64,000 nucleotides of DNA from an uncultured delta proteobacterium. GTDB lineage: Bacteria > Myxococcota_A > Polyangia > Polyangiales > JAFGIB01. Under the pieces are notes generated by a model that searched no databases, was not told the DNA's origin, and saw nothing but the letters and a program-made list of their open reading frames with translations. Location: positions 928,001-992,000 of the forward strand of contig CAVZVA010000009.1 of assembly GCA_963778655.1 (NCBI GenBank). The letters are read 5' to 3'. Positions 28,700 through 38,303 of this stretch are shown here, in pieces. The first letter of the stretch is position 1. Every line of letters begins with the position of its first letter. Position numbers and translations under genes: made by a program.

Positions 28700-31600
28700 A
28701 TGTCCGAGGATCGAGACCGACCTGCAGGCGCGCCGCCCCCGCGCAAACACCGGCACGACGCGGACGCGCCGTCGTTCATAGAGCTGGAGTGCGACGTAGC
28801 CCGCGCTGCCCTCGCCCTTCCCTCCGATGCACACGGGCTGCTGGCGCTCGCAATCGCGCTCGATGCCGTGGCGGCCGGGGTGGCCGAAGTGCTCGGTATG
28901 CCCAAGGACTTGGCTTGCATCGACGTGGCGCCAGCTCTGTTCGAGCCGGGTGTGGTGACATTGAATGTCGGCGTCGACGTTCTCGAGTCCACCTTTCTCG
29001 TCAAGGCGAGTCGCGCTGGCGCGGGAGGGGAGCAACTCACGATCGCCGCAATGGGCCGGCTCGAGGATCCTCGCGCCGCAGGCATCCCGCGCTTATCCAT
29101 GATCCTGTCCCGCACCGGCGGGACGGTCGCGATCGAGCTCGACGCCGTCAGCAACGAGGGCCCCGGCGCCGAGCTCATCGCGCTGGAGCGAGCGTTGAGG
29201 CTCGCCGGAGAAGCCGCCGGATCCACGACGCGCCCGTGGGCACGGCCCGCGCACATCGCGCGGTTTTCGCAGGCGCCCAACCGGGCCGCGGTGGTCAGCA
29301 TCCGCGCCGTGGCCGTCGAGCCCAACATGGCGTGGGTCACGTTGTTGGACGCGGAAGGAGCGCCGGCCGCTACCCTCGAAGGAGTCGACTTTGGCGATTC
29401 AGCAAGCGGGCGACAGGCCCTGCCGGCCCTGGTGATGGAAGTCGCGCGCGCGACGCTCGGTGAGGCATTCGGCCCGAACGACAATTTGGTGCGCGCGGGC
29501 CTGGGGTCATTGGACATCCTGCGTCTGCTCGACGCGATCGAACACGCCTTCCACAGGCGCATCGGTCGTAACGCGTTCCTGCGTGACCCCACGCTCGCCG
29601 GTCTCGCGGCGTTGTGCGAGCTGGAAGCCTGCGCCGATCCCGCGTTCGACGCGCGGCTTTCCGAGGGGGAGCCGCGTCCGGCCCGCGCTGTCCCACTCAC
29701 CACGGCCGAACGCCATCTGTGGCTGTTGGAGCAGAGCGGCACCCTCGCTGGAACCTACAACGAGCTGATCGTCTTTCGACTCGACGGCCGTCTCGACCGC
29801 GATGCTCTTTCAGCCGCGATGGCACAGGTCGTCCACCGGCACCCTGGACTTCGCTCCGGGTTCCACGCGGAGGGCGCAGAGTTGCTGCGCAACGCGCTCA
29901 TCCGGGCGATTCCCGACAGCCGGTTCCATGACTTCGCCTCGCTCGACCCGGAGGCCGCGCAACGCGCGGCGACCTCAGCCATCGCGGCCCACGCGTGTGA
30001 GCCGTTCGACCTGCACCGCGGTCCCCTGCTGCGCTGGATCAGCGTCAGGATGCCTGACGCCACGGATCTGCTCGCGCTGGTCGCTCATCATCTGGTGATC
30101 GACGAGTGGTCTCTCGGGAGGGTGCTGCTACCCGAGCTGTGCGACTTCTATCGTTTGCCCGCCGACGTACGACCGGAGCCCTCGCCAGCGCCGGCGAGCC
30201 TGCCCGACCGGGCGGCGCGCGAGGAAGCGTCCCGGACCGGATCGGCCTACGCGGCCTCGCTGGCTTGGTGGACGCGGTACCTGGACCAGGCGGTACAGCC
30301 TCTGCAGCTGTCGGCGGCTGCAGCGGCCGATGAGGGCGCCGGCTACGACGGGCACGTGGAGACATTTCCTCTGGACCCAGCTGCCATACAGCGGCTCGGT
30401 GCGCTTGCGAGGTCGGCGGGCGCAACACCGGCATCCGGCGTCATGGCTGCATTGCAGCTCGTGCTCAATCGGCTGTGCGAGGAGGAGGTCTTCTGCATCG
30501 GCGTCTTCTGCGCCGGGCGAGATCTCGTCGCCGACGCCGGCGAGGTGGGGTATTACGCCAACCTACTTCCCGTCCGCGCTGATCTGAGGGGCGAGCCGAG
30601 CGTCGCGGAGCTCATCGCGCGCGTGCACGAGAATATGAGCGGCGTGCTCGCCCATTCGAGGGTGCCCTTTGCCGAGATTGCGCAAGCGGCGCGCCGCGCT
30701 GGTGGGTCGTCTTCTGCCGCGGGGCTGGTGCAGGTGGTCTTCGCCCAGGACGATCTCCCCGACCGGTTGGAGCTAGGCTCTCTGCGGGCGACGCGAATCG
30801 GCCTGGACAAGGGGCGTGCCAAGTTCGAGCTCACCGTCACCACGCGGCTCGGCGGTGCCGCCCGGGCGCCGACCATGACGTGGGAATACCGCACCGGCAT
30901 CCTCGACGGCGACAGCGTACGGAGGCTCGCCCAGTTGCTGGGGGCCTCCATCGATTGGATGTCCAAGAACCCGGAAAGCTCGATCTCGAACGTCGAGCTG
31001 CTCAGCTCCCGACAAGCCTCGGCCGTGATCGCGCGCGGTTCGGGACCGCAGAGCGCCCTTCCGCTCAAGCGTGTGTCGCAGATGATTGTCGAACAGGCAG
31101 CCTGCACCCCCGACGAGATTGCGGCCGTCTCGCACGCGAAGAGCCTTTCGTACCGAGACATTGAGAGGGGCAGTCGGGCGCTTGCGGCTGCTGTCCATCG
31201 AGCCGGCGTGCGGCCGGGCAGCTTCGTGGGCGTTGCGTTGGAGCGTGGGGTCGAGCTGCCGATGGCGCTTCTCGCCGTCCTGCGCGCGGGTTGTGCCTAT
31301 GTTCCACTCGACCTGGACCAACCGCCCGATCGTTTGCGGTGGATCGTTCGGGATGCAGGCGTCAGCGCCGTGCTTTCGTCTGGTGGCAGCGCGCGGCGGA
31401 CGCTCTCGGAGCTGATCCACGTGGATGTCCCCGCCGGCGTTGTCGAGGAAGAGTTGCTTCCTCTCGACGAGGGGCAACTCTCGATCGAGGACGTTGCGTA
31501 TGCGATCTACACCTCGGGTTCCACCGGACAACCAAAGGGGGTGCTGGTCAGACACGCGGGAGTTTCGAACGTGTTTCACGGTGTCGCGGAGCGCTTGGGG

Positions 31601-34018
31601 CGGCACGAGTCCAGCGTTTGGCTCGCGGTCACGAGCCTTGCGTTCGACATCGCTGCTCTCGAGCTGCTGTGGCCGCTGTGTTTCGGAGGGGTCGTCGCTG
31701 TCGATCCGGGACTCGCCGCCGACCAGCCGGACGCGCAGGATTGGCCCGGCCGGCTCGCGGAGGTGGGCCTTCCGCAAGGAGTCACGCACCTGCAGTGCAC
31801 TCCGACCGGCCTCGCAATGTTGCTTCGCACGGCCGAGGGCCGTGCGCTGTTGCGCGGCGTGCGCGAGCTCATGATCGGCGGTGAGGTCCTTTCTCCGGCG
31901 CTCGTCGGGCGAGCGCGCTCCGCCGGCAGCGCCCGGATCTGGAACATGTACGGGCCCACGGAGACGACCATCTGGTCCTCGATGCACGAGGTGGGTCGGG
32001 TGGAAGGCCCGGTTCCCATCGGGCTTCCGCTGCGCAACACGCGGTTCTACGTGCTCGATCGCCGCGGCCGCCTAGCGCCCGACGGGCTGCCTGGAGAGCT
32101 CTGCATCGCAGGCAGAGGCGTGGCCAAGGGCTACGTCGGGCAGCGGCCCGAGGGCGATTCGGTCTTCGTCCGAGATCCGTTTCAGCCAGGCGCGAGCGGG
32201 CCGATGTACCGAACCGGCGATCGAGTCCGATGGAATGCGGACGGCGAGCTGGAGTTCCTCGGTCGCTACGACGGCCAGATCAAGATGCGCGGGTTTCGAA
32301 TTGAGCCCGCCGAGATCGAGGAGGTTTTGCTCCGGCACCCGTGCGTGAGGCTGTGCGCGGTGGTCGTCCACCGACTTGCTGGCCGTGACCAGTTGGTCGC
32401 GTTCGTCGAGTTGCAGCAACCAGGCGTCGAGCTCGGCGAGCTGCGCCGGCATGCGGAGGGGTTTCTGCCTCGCTACATGGTCCCTCATGCATTCGTGGTT
32501 CGCGATGCGTTGCCGACACTTTCGAGCGGCAAGATCGATCGCAAGAGCCTGGCGCTCGCAGCCCCAGATGCGACGCGATCCATCGTCCACCGGGAGCCGG
32601 CCACGGCACTCGAGGCGGCGCTGCTGCGGATTTGGAGAGAGGAGCTCGTTGCGCCGGCGGTCGGCGTCGACGAGGACTTTGCAGACGCAGGAGGCGACTC
32701 GCTGCTCGCGCTACCGTTGCTCGCCCGTCTGCGCAGCGAGCTCGGACAAGCAGTCACATTGCCACTCCTTCTGGAGAACCCGACGGTGGCGAAGCTCGCG
32801 ATGGCTCTGGAACGAAGTGCTCGTATCGGGCCTGAAGCATCGTCTATGGCCCCCGGCGATGCGGTGGGAACGAGGAGCAATGCGAAGATTCTCGACAGGG
32901 CGCTTGACCAAGGGCTAGACGGGCCGGTGATTGCCGCCGCCTTGGCCACGGTTCCGGACGCAATGCTTCCTCACGTCGCGGACGCGAGCTGGAGAGGTTC
33001 TCCGATGTGGGTCGCATCCCTGCACACGGATTGGGGAACGCTGGCGCTCCTGACCCTGCCTGTCGCTGACTCCGAGGTCTACGACGAGCGCGGGCGGCTC
33101 CAGGCGCGATGCCAGGATGCGCTCGTGCTGGCTTCGGAGCTCGGGGCCAAGACGGTGTCGCTCACCGGGCTCACGGCCTCTGCCACGGGTTACGGCCGTT
33201 TGCTCAGTGTGCCCGACGAGCGCATCAAGATCACGACTGGGCACGCGACCACCTGCGGTGCGGTGGTTCTCACCCTCGCTGGACTGCTGCGAGAGACGGG
33301 TCGCCGCATCGACGAGGAGAGGCTCGCCATCGTCGGTTTGGGCTCCATGGGGCATGGTGTCATGCGCCTGCTACTCGCGCTGGGAATGCATCCCAAATCG
33401 CTGGTGCTGGCGGATACGCCGGCGCGAGCATCCCGTCTGCTGAGAATCGAAGCGGAAGCCAGAAGCCTGGGCTACCTCGGCGAAGCGATGTGCTGCTCGG
33501 CCGGAGCGCACGCCAGCCACAAGATATATGCGGCGACCGCGGTCGTCGGAGCAACGAACGTCGGCGGAGTCCTCGATGTTGCCCGCTTGCCAGCGGGTTG
33601 CCTGGTCGTAGACGACTCCGCACCTCACTGCTTTTCGGTCACGGCCGCGTTCGAGCGCATGAGAGTGCAGAGGGACGTTCTGTTTACGGGCGCAGGCGTG
33701 TTGCGCTGCCCGGAGCGCGTCGGGATCAAGGTGAGCCCGAGCTGGCCCGACCGCTCAGGGCACTCGATCGTCGCCGCCTTCGGTCCGGCCGCCGAAGAGA
33801 TTCCGGCTTGCATGTTGTCGAGCCTGATGACGACGGTGGCGCCTTCGGAGGCGGTGGCCACCGTCGGCGAGGCGCAACTCGAAGCCTTGCTGGGCCATTA
33901 CCGATGGCTGACTGCGCATCACGTCGGGCACGCCTCGTTTCACCTTCAGAGCCAGGCTATCGCAACCGCGGACCTCGTCGAGTTCGCCCGCAGATTCGGA
34001 CACCGGCTGGTCCTCTGA
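28700..34018 (+). CDS. NRPS: pseudo-DH / carrier domain / C / A / PCP / acyl-ACP-reductase-like (COG5322-type) terminal domain
   Basis: Carrier GLGSL. C domain HHLVIDEWS. A domain YTSGSTGQPKG, FDIA, NMYGPTETT, YRTGD, KMRGFRIE, SGKIDRK. PCP GGDSL. Terminal Rossmann domain with TTGHATT and IVGLGSMG. Confidence 0.9.
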   Translation: MSEDRDRPAGAPPPRKHRHDADAPSFIELECDVARAALALPSDAHGLLALAIALDAVAAGVAEVLGMPKDLACIDVAPALFEPGVVTLNVGVDVLESTFLVKASRAGAGGEQLTIAAMGRLEDPRAAGIPRLSMILSRTGGTVAIELDAVSNEGPGAELIALERALRLAGEAAGSTTRPWARPAHIARFSQAPNRAAVVSIRAVAVEPNMAWVTLLDAEGAPAATLEGVDFGDSASGRQALPALVMEVARATLGEAFGPNDNLVRAGLGSLDILRLLDAIEHAFHRRIGRNAFLRDPTLAGLAALCELEACADPAFDARLSEGEPRPARAVPLTTAERHLWLLEQSGTLAGTYNELIVFRLDGRLDRDALSAAMAQVVHRHPGLRSGFHAEGAELLRNALIRAIPDSRFHDFASLDPEAAQRAATSAIAAHACEPFDLHRGPLLRWISVRMPDATDLLALVAHHLVIDEWSLGRVLLPELCDFYRLPADVRPEPSPAPASLPDRAAREEASRTGSAYAASLAWWTRYLDQAVQPLQLSAAAAADEGAGYDGHVETFPLDPAAIQRLGALARSAGATPASGVMAALQLVLNRLCEEEVFCIGVFCAGRDLVADAGEVGYYANLLPVRADLRGEPSVAELIARVHENMSGVLAHSRVPFAEIAQAARRAGGSSSAAGLVQVVFAQDDLPDRLELGSLRATRIGLDKGRAKFELTVTTRLGGAARAPTMTWEYRTGILDGDSVRRLAQLLGASIDWMSKNPESSISNVELLSSRQASAVIARGSGPQSALPLKRVSQMIVEQAACTPDEIAAVSHAKSLSYRDIERGSRALAAAVHRAGVRPGSFVGVALERGVELPMALLAVLRAGCAYVPLDLDQPPDRLRWIVRDAGVSAVLSSGGSARRTLSELIHVDVPAGVVEEELLPLDEGQLSIEDVAYAIYTSGSTGQPKGVLVRHAGVSNVFHGVAERLGRHESSVWLAVTSLAFDIAALELLWPLCFGGVVAVDPGLAADQPDAQDWPGRLAEVGLPQGVTHLQCTPTGLAMLLRTAEGRALLRGVRELMIGGEVLSPALVGRARSAGSARIWNMYGPTETTIWSSMHEVGRVEGPVPIGLPLRNTRFYVLDRRGRLAPDGLPGELCIAGRGVAKGYVGQRPEGDSVFVRDPFQPGASGPMYRTGDRVRWNADGELEFLGRYDGQIKMRGFRIEPAEIEEVLLRHPCVRLCAVVVHRLAGRDQLVAFVELQQPGVELGELRRHAEGFLPRYMVPHAFVVRDALPTLSSGKIDRKSLALAAPDATRSIVHREPATALEAALLRIWREELVAPAVGVDEDFADAGGDSLLALPLLARLRSELGQAVTLPLLLENPTVAKLAMALERSARIGPEASSMAPGDAVGTRSNAKILDRALDQGLDGPVIAAALATVPDAMLPHVADASWRGSPMWVASLHTDWGTLALLTLPVADSEVYDERGRLQARCQDALVLASELGAKTVSLTGLTASATGYGRLLSVPDERIKITTGHATTCGAVVLTLAGLLRETGRRIDEERLAIVGLGSMGHGVMRLLLALGMHPKSLVLADTPARASRLLRIEAEARSLGYLGEAMCCSAGAHASHKIYAATAVVGATNVGGVLDVARLPAGCLVVDDSAPHCFSVTAAFERMRVQRDVLFTGAGVLRCPERVGIKVSPSWPDRSGHSIVAAFGPAAEEIPACMLSSLMTTVAPSEAVATVGEAQLEALLGHYRWLTAHHVGHASFHLQSQAIATADLVEFARRFGHRLVL

Positions 34019-34065
34019 AGCAACTTCCAGGGCGGACCAGAGCCAGTGGCGTTTCCCCTGCGATC

Positions 34066-34081
34066 GGCGATTCGAATCGCC
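34066..34081. other. Perfect 16 bp palindrome between convergent NRPS and kinase stops
   Basis: GGCGATTCGAATCGCC. Confidence 0.55.
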
Positions 34082-34095
34082 TCACCAGCAGCGGC

Positions 34096-37000
34096 TCAGG
34101 ACCGATCTTGCGTGGGGTGGGCAAATCCAGGTGCGTAGGTGGCGACCCACCGCTCCGGGTGCTTGACCCCCTGCGCCCTCAGGGCCGCATCCACGGCGTC
34201 GATCTCTCGTGTCCCATCGAGGCCGCCTCTCATCGCTCCGCGGTTCCGCCGAGCGTACAAGGTGAAGAGCGGCATCTGGCTGCGGTCGCAAGTCGCTACT
34301 GCCTCGTCGAGAAGCTGGAGCGCGTGCTCCTTCCGGCCCTCGATCCGAGCGATCCCCGCACGCGCAATCAGCGACCAGGCCTTCGCGTCCGTCCGGCCCA
34401 TGTGTTGCAGCGTGGTGGCCTGCTCGCGGGCGACGCGAAGCGCCTTCAAGACGTCCCCGCCCCCTTGAGCGGCGCCGAGGGCGGCGCGCGCCAGAAACCA
34501 GTGTCCGAGCACCCGGATCGGCAGCGCCCGAAACAGGAGACTGTGTTGGAACGCCTCCCAATGCGAAAGGTGATGGGCCAGCGCATCGGAGCCGCGACCG
34601 CAGTACAGGTGGACGTCGACGGTGCGGTGGACTCCCCACAGTCGCAGCGTCGTGAACTCGCCGGTCGCCAGGTCGCGTTGCTCCCGCAGGATTTCTAGCG
34701 CTGAGGAAGGGTCGTCGGCCATCAGCCGCGATGCGGGCACCGCCAACGCCAGGAAACCTCGCGAGAAGTGATCATCGCGCTCCAGCGCTTGGCGGGCCAG
34801 ATCAGGCGCCTCGCGTGCCACCTCGAGCAAGCTGCCGGTCTGCTCGATCGCCCCCAGACGGAAGGTCGTGAGTAGATTCTGTTCCCAGGAGGTGCCCGGG
34901 CAGTAATTGCGAAAGGTCTCCAGCGCTTCCGAAGCAGGCGCCAAGGCGTCGGCGAAACGAGCGAAGAAGAACTCGCAGCCGGCTCGTGCCATTTGCGCGG
35001 TGGCGTGTGCGTAAGGTGTGCCGACCGTGGACGCGACCTCCTCCGTGCGCGCCAGTAGCGCTCGAGTACGGGCCTCGTTTCGGGAGCCGCCGATCAGGGC
35101 GGCGTCGAATGCTTCCCATGCCAAACCGAGCAGCAGCCGGTTCGGCTCGCCAGCGCGCAGCACCTCGCTCAGATAGCGCCGCTGGAGCGCGGCCCCGCGA
35201 AGCGCATCGATCGCGGAAAGCTCGCGAAACACTGAGCCGAGCACGTCGACTCGCTCGACAATGAAAGGCGGAACATCGCGGGCGTTGCGCAGGCCCGTAT
35301 CGAGCCCACGCACGGCGATCGACAACTTGCTCCACATCAGCGTGCCGAGCACCGCTGCCGTGCTGCGAGGCCAGGCGACGCCGACGCCCCTCAGAAGCTC
35401 TTTGGTGAGGGCCACGCCCTCCTCGATTCTCCCGCTGCGCAGGTACTGCTGGGCGGCCATCCGCTGCAGAGCTCGCGCTTCCGCCCCTTCGAGCCCCTCC
35501 GCCGCCTGCAGGTACGCTTCCGCCGCTTGTGCGCCGCGGCCGGCGTTGGCGAGGGCGTCACCCAGGTGCTTGTGCAGCTCGCGCCCGGTCGCGTCATCGG
35601 GCGGGACGAGGTCGATCGCCTTGCGGAACAGGTCCGCAGCGCGGTTGAAGGCGAGCTTGGCCGCCGCGGCGTGGGCCGCTTGCATGGCGGTCTCGCCAGC
35701 ACGGCCGCCGTCGCCGGCCCCGCTGTAATGCACGACCAGACGTTCGGGGTCGCCCACGTCGTGGTGCTCCATCGCGTCCGCGATGTGAGCGTGGATGTTG
35801 CGCACCACGTCCGGATGCAAGTTGCGCACGACGGTTTCGCGCACGCGGTCGTGGTAGGTCTCTGCGCGGTCGGTCTGACGCGTGCCGCGGGTCCGAATCA
35901 GCCGGGCCGCCCGCAGCGCCAGCAGGGCCGAGCGGTCGCCGGTCTGTAGCGCCGCCGCCTCGATCGCGACGCCCTGCTCGAGCGGTCCCGCGGCCACGCT
36001 GAGCACGCGCAACAGGCGCTGCGCGTCTTCGGGCATGCCGGCGATGCGCTCGAGGATGACCTGGTCGAGCGAGACCGGCTGGGCGGCCAGCGCGAAGTGA
36101 CCCTGCTCGGAATGGGTCTTGAGGTGATGGACCAGCTCGGCGATGAAGAATGGGACGCCCTCGGCCTCGGCGGCGACGGTCTCGGCGAGCAGCCCACCGG
36201 CCTCGCCCAGCTCGCGCAGCAGCGCGGATGCCAGCTGTCGGGCCTCGTCCTCGCCGAGCGCGTCGACCGCCAGCTCGCGCACCTCGGCCGAGCCCTCGCG
36301 CAAGCTGCGCTCGCCGACGATGTGCTGCAGAAATGGGCTGTTGTCGGCCTCGTCCCGGCGGTAGGTGCCGACCAGGAGCAAGGGCGGCGGCTCCGGCGGT
36401 CCCATCAAGAAGGCCATCAATCGGGCGCTGTCCATATCCGCCCACTGCAGGTCGTCGATGTTCAGCACTAGCGGCTGGTAGTCGGTGATGCGCAGCAACA
36501 GATCTTTGAGCGCGGCAAACGCCTGGTTGCGCAGCTCGCGCGCGTCGGTGGTCTGCTTCTGCGAGCGGCGGGCATGGGCGACGGCCTTGACGCGCTTGAG
36601 CACCGGAAACAGCAGCGCCAGCGAGTGCACATTGCGCGGCAAGAGCTCGGCAGCCTGCTCGGCCGGCAAGCGCATCATGTAGCGGCTGAGCGCGTCGATG
36701 ATGTTGTCGAAGGCTTTGTAGGGCACGTTTTCGCGCTCGTAGCAGCGACCGCGCAGCACCACCGCCTCGTCGGAGCGGATCAGCTCGTTGGCGAAGCAGC
36801 GGACCAGCGCGCTCTTGCCCATGCCCGACAGGCCGTGCACGAACACCGTGACCGGCTTGCGATTGCGGCTGACCTCGAAGGCGTCGCGCAGCTCCGTCAG
36901 GTGCTGCTCGCGTCCGACGAACAGCTCTCCCTGTTTGCGGATTACGGCCGACGCCTGAGCGTCGAAGACTGGGGGCGGCACCGAGTGACCGGTCAGGTAG

Positions 37001-37932
37001 CGCAGGATCTCGCTGCCACTCGGGCGCTGCGTGGGATCGCGGTGCAGCAGGTCGCGGCAGAGCTGATCGAGATCATCCGGCACACCCTTGACCAGGTCGC
37101 TCGGCGGCACCGGCTCGGCTTCGTTCTTGAGTCGCAGGATCTCCAGCACCGTGCCGTCGAACGGCAGCTGGCCCGTGAGCGCCTCGTACAGCATGCAGCC
37201 GACCGCGTACCAGTCGCTGGCTGTGGAGATGGCGTCGCCCGCGGCCTGCTCGGGTGACATGTACGCGGGCGTTCCGAACACGCAGCCTCCGACCGAGCGC
37301 TCGGCGTCCTGAGCTTCCACCTCGACCAGCGTGCTGCTGCTGACCAGCCCGAAGTCGAGCACGACCACGCGTCCTTCGGGCGTCACCAGCACGTTGCTCG
37401 GCTTGAGATCGCGGTGCAGCTTGCCCGCGTCGTGCAAGGCCGCGACCGCTTCCACCAGCTGGCGCAGCGCGTGGCGCAGGCGCTTGACGTTCGCCGTCAC
37501 GTGCGGCAGCGGGAACTCGCTGCCGATGGCGCGCTGGCTGAGCGTGATCGAGACGTCGCGCATGAAGCGCCCGGCGAGCGTCGGCGCCTTCCAGCGCTCG
37601 GGCGGATCGCTGCCGCCGCGCGACTCGGTCACGTATGCGTCGAAGCTCTGTCCCTCCACCAGCTCCATGGTGAAGAACCACAGCCCGCCCTCGTTGCACA
37701 GCTCGTGCAGCGTCACGAGGTTGGGGTGGCTCAGGTCGGCGAGCTGGCGGAACTCGTTCTTGAGCCGGTAGATGTTGATGGCGTCGCGCTGGCTCAACGC
37801 CTTGAGCGCGACCCGCGCGTTGCGCTCGAGATCGAGCGCCTGGTAGACCACGCCCATACCGCCTTGTCCGAGCTGGCGCTCGATTACGAAGCGCTTGGTG
37901 CTCAGGAAGCTGTGGGCGGCTTGGGGCTGCAT
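34096..37932 (-). CDS. Ser/Thr kinase + AAA16/STAND-like ATPase + TPR-like helical domain
   Basis: GQGGMGVVY, HRDLKPSN, DFG and GTPAYMSPEQ; Walker A GLSGMGKS; NIDDLQWAD. Clear paralog of 13082-16903. Confidence 0.9.
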   Translation of the reverse strand: MQPQAAHSFLSTKRFVIERQLGQGGMGVVYQALDLERNARVALKALSQRDAINIYRLKNEFRQLADLSHPNLVTLHELCNEGGLWFFTMELVEGQSFDAYVTESRGGSDPPERWKAPTLAGRFMRDVSITLSQRAIGSEFPLPHVTANVKRLRHALRQLVEAVAALHDAGKLHRDLKPSNVLVTPEGRVVVLDFGLVSSSTLVEVEAQDAERSVGGCVFGTPAYMSPEQAAGDAISTASDWYAVGCMLYEALTGQLPFDGTVLEILRLKNEAEPVPPSDLVKGVPDDLDQLCRDLLHRDPTQRPSGSEILRYLTGHSVPPPVFDAQASAVIRKQGELFVGREQHLTELRDAFEVSRNRKPVTVFVHGLSGMGKSALVRCFANELIRSDEAVVLRGRCYERENVPYKAFDNIIDALSRYMMRLPAEQAAELLPRNVHSLALLFPVLKRVKAVAHARRSQKQTTDARELRNQAFAALKDLLLRITDYQPLVLNIDDLQWADMDSARLMAFLMGPPEPPPLLLVGTYRRDEADNSPFLQHIVGERSLREGSAEVRELAVDALGEDEARQLASALLRELGEAGGLLAETVAAEAEGVPFFIAELVHHLKTHSEQGHFALAAQPVSLDQVILERIAGMPEDAQRLLRVLSVAAGPLEQGVAIEAAALQTGDRSALLALRAARLIRTRGTRQTDRAETYHDRVRETVVRNLHPDVVRNIHAHIADAMEHHDVGDPERLVVHYSGAGDGGRAGETAMQAAHAAAAKLAFNRAADLFRKAIDLVPPDDATGRELHKHLGDALANAGRGAQAAEAYLQAAEGLEGAEARALQRMAAQQYLRSGRIEEGVALTKELLRGVGVAWPRSTAAVLGTLMWSKLSIAVRGLDTGLRNARDVPPFIVERVDVLGSVFRELSAIDALRGAALQRRYLSEVLRAGEPNRLLLGLAWEAFDAALIGGSRNEARTRALLARTEEVASTVGTPYAHATAQMARAGCEFFFARFADALAPASEALETFRNYCPGTSWEQNLLTTFRLGAIEQTGSLLEVAREAPDLARQALERDDHFSRGFLALAVPASRLMADDPSSALEILREQRDLATGEFTTLRLWGVHRTVDVHLYCGRGSDALAHHLSHWEAFQHSLLFRALPIRVLGHWFLARAALGAAQGGGDVLKALRVAREQATTLQHMGRTDAKAWSLIARAGIARIEGRKEHALQLLDEAVATCDRSQMPLFTLYARRNRGAMRGGLDGTREIDAVDAALRAQGVKHPERWVATYAPGFAHPTQDRS

Positions 37933-38049
37933 GCGATCGTCCCAGATCGGCAGTGGGCGCCAAATTGTTCTGCAGCGCGCCTCCCGAGATCAATGACGGC
38001 ACCAGTATTTTTTTTCGACTCAGATGTATGCACGTGTAGGGTCATCGAC

Positions 38050-38076
38050 CATTAGATAAATCATTCTCATTAGATA
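38050..38076. promoter_or_regulatory. AT-rich putative operator: direct repeat CATTAGATA x2 (18 bp period), Fur-box-like
   Basis: CATTAGATA-AATCATTCT-CATTAGATA in the divergent intergenic region; the minus strand reads TAATGAGAATGATTTATC. Confidence 0.4.
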
Positions 38077-38303
38077 CGTGGCGTGCGCCGCATGTGAATT
38101 TCTTCGTGAATAACGCGTGTAATGCGGTGGATAGGCGGTGGACAGGGAGTGAGCAGCTGCGCGCCTCGGTGACCTGGCAGGAATCTCGAGAAGCGCGAGT
38201 TGGTGTGTGAAAGGCGTCACGGGCGGGCGCGTGCGAACGTCGTAAGCTTTGCACTTCCGCGCGAGGGAGCGGACGCGGTGCGCGGGGCGTACATGAGTCG
38301 GAC

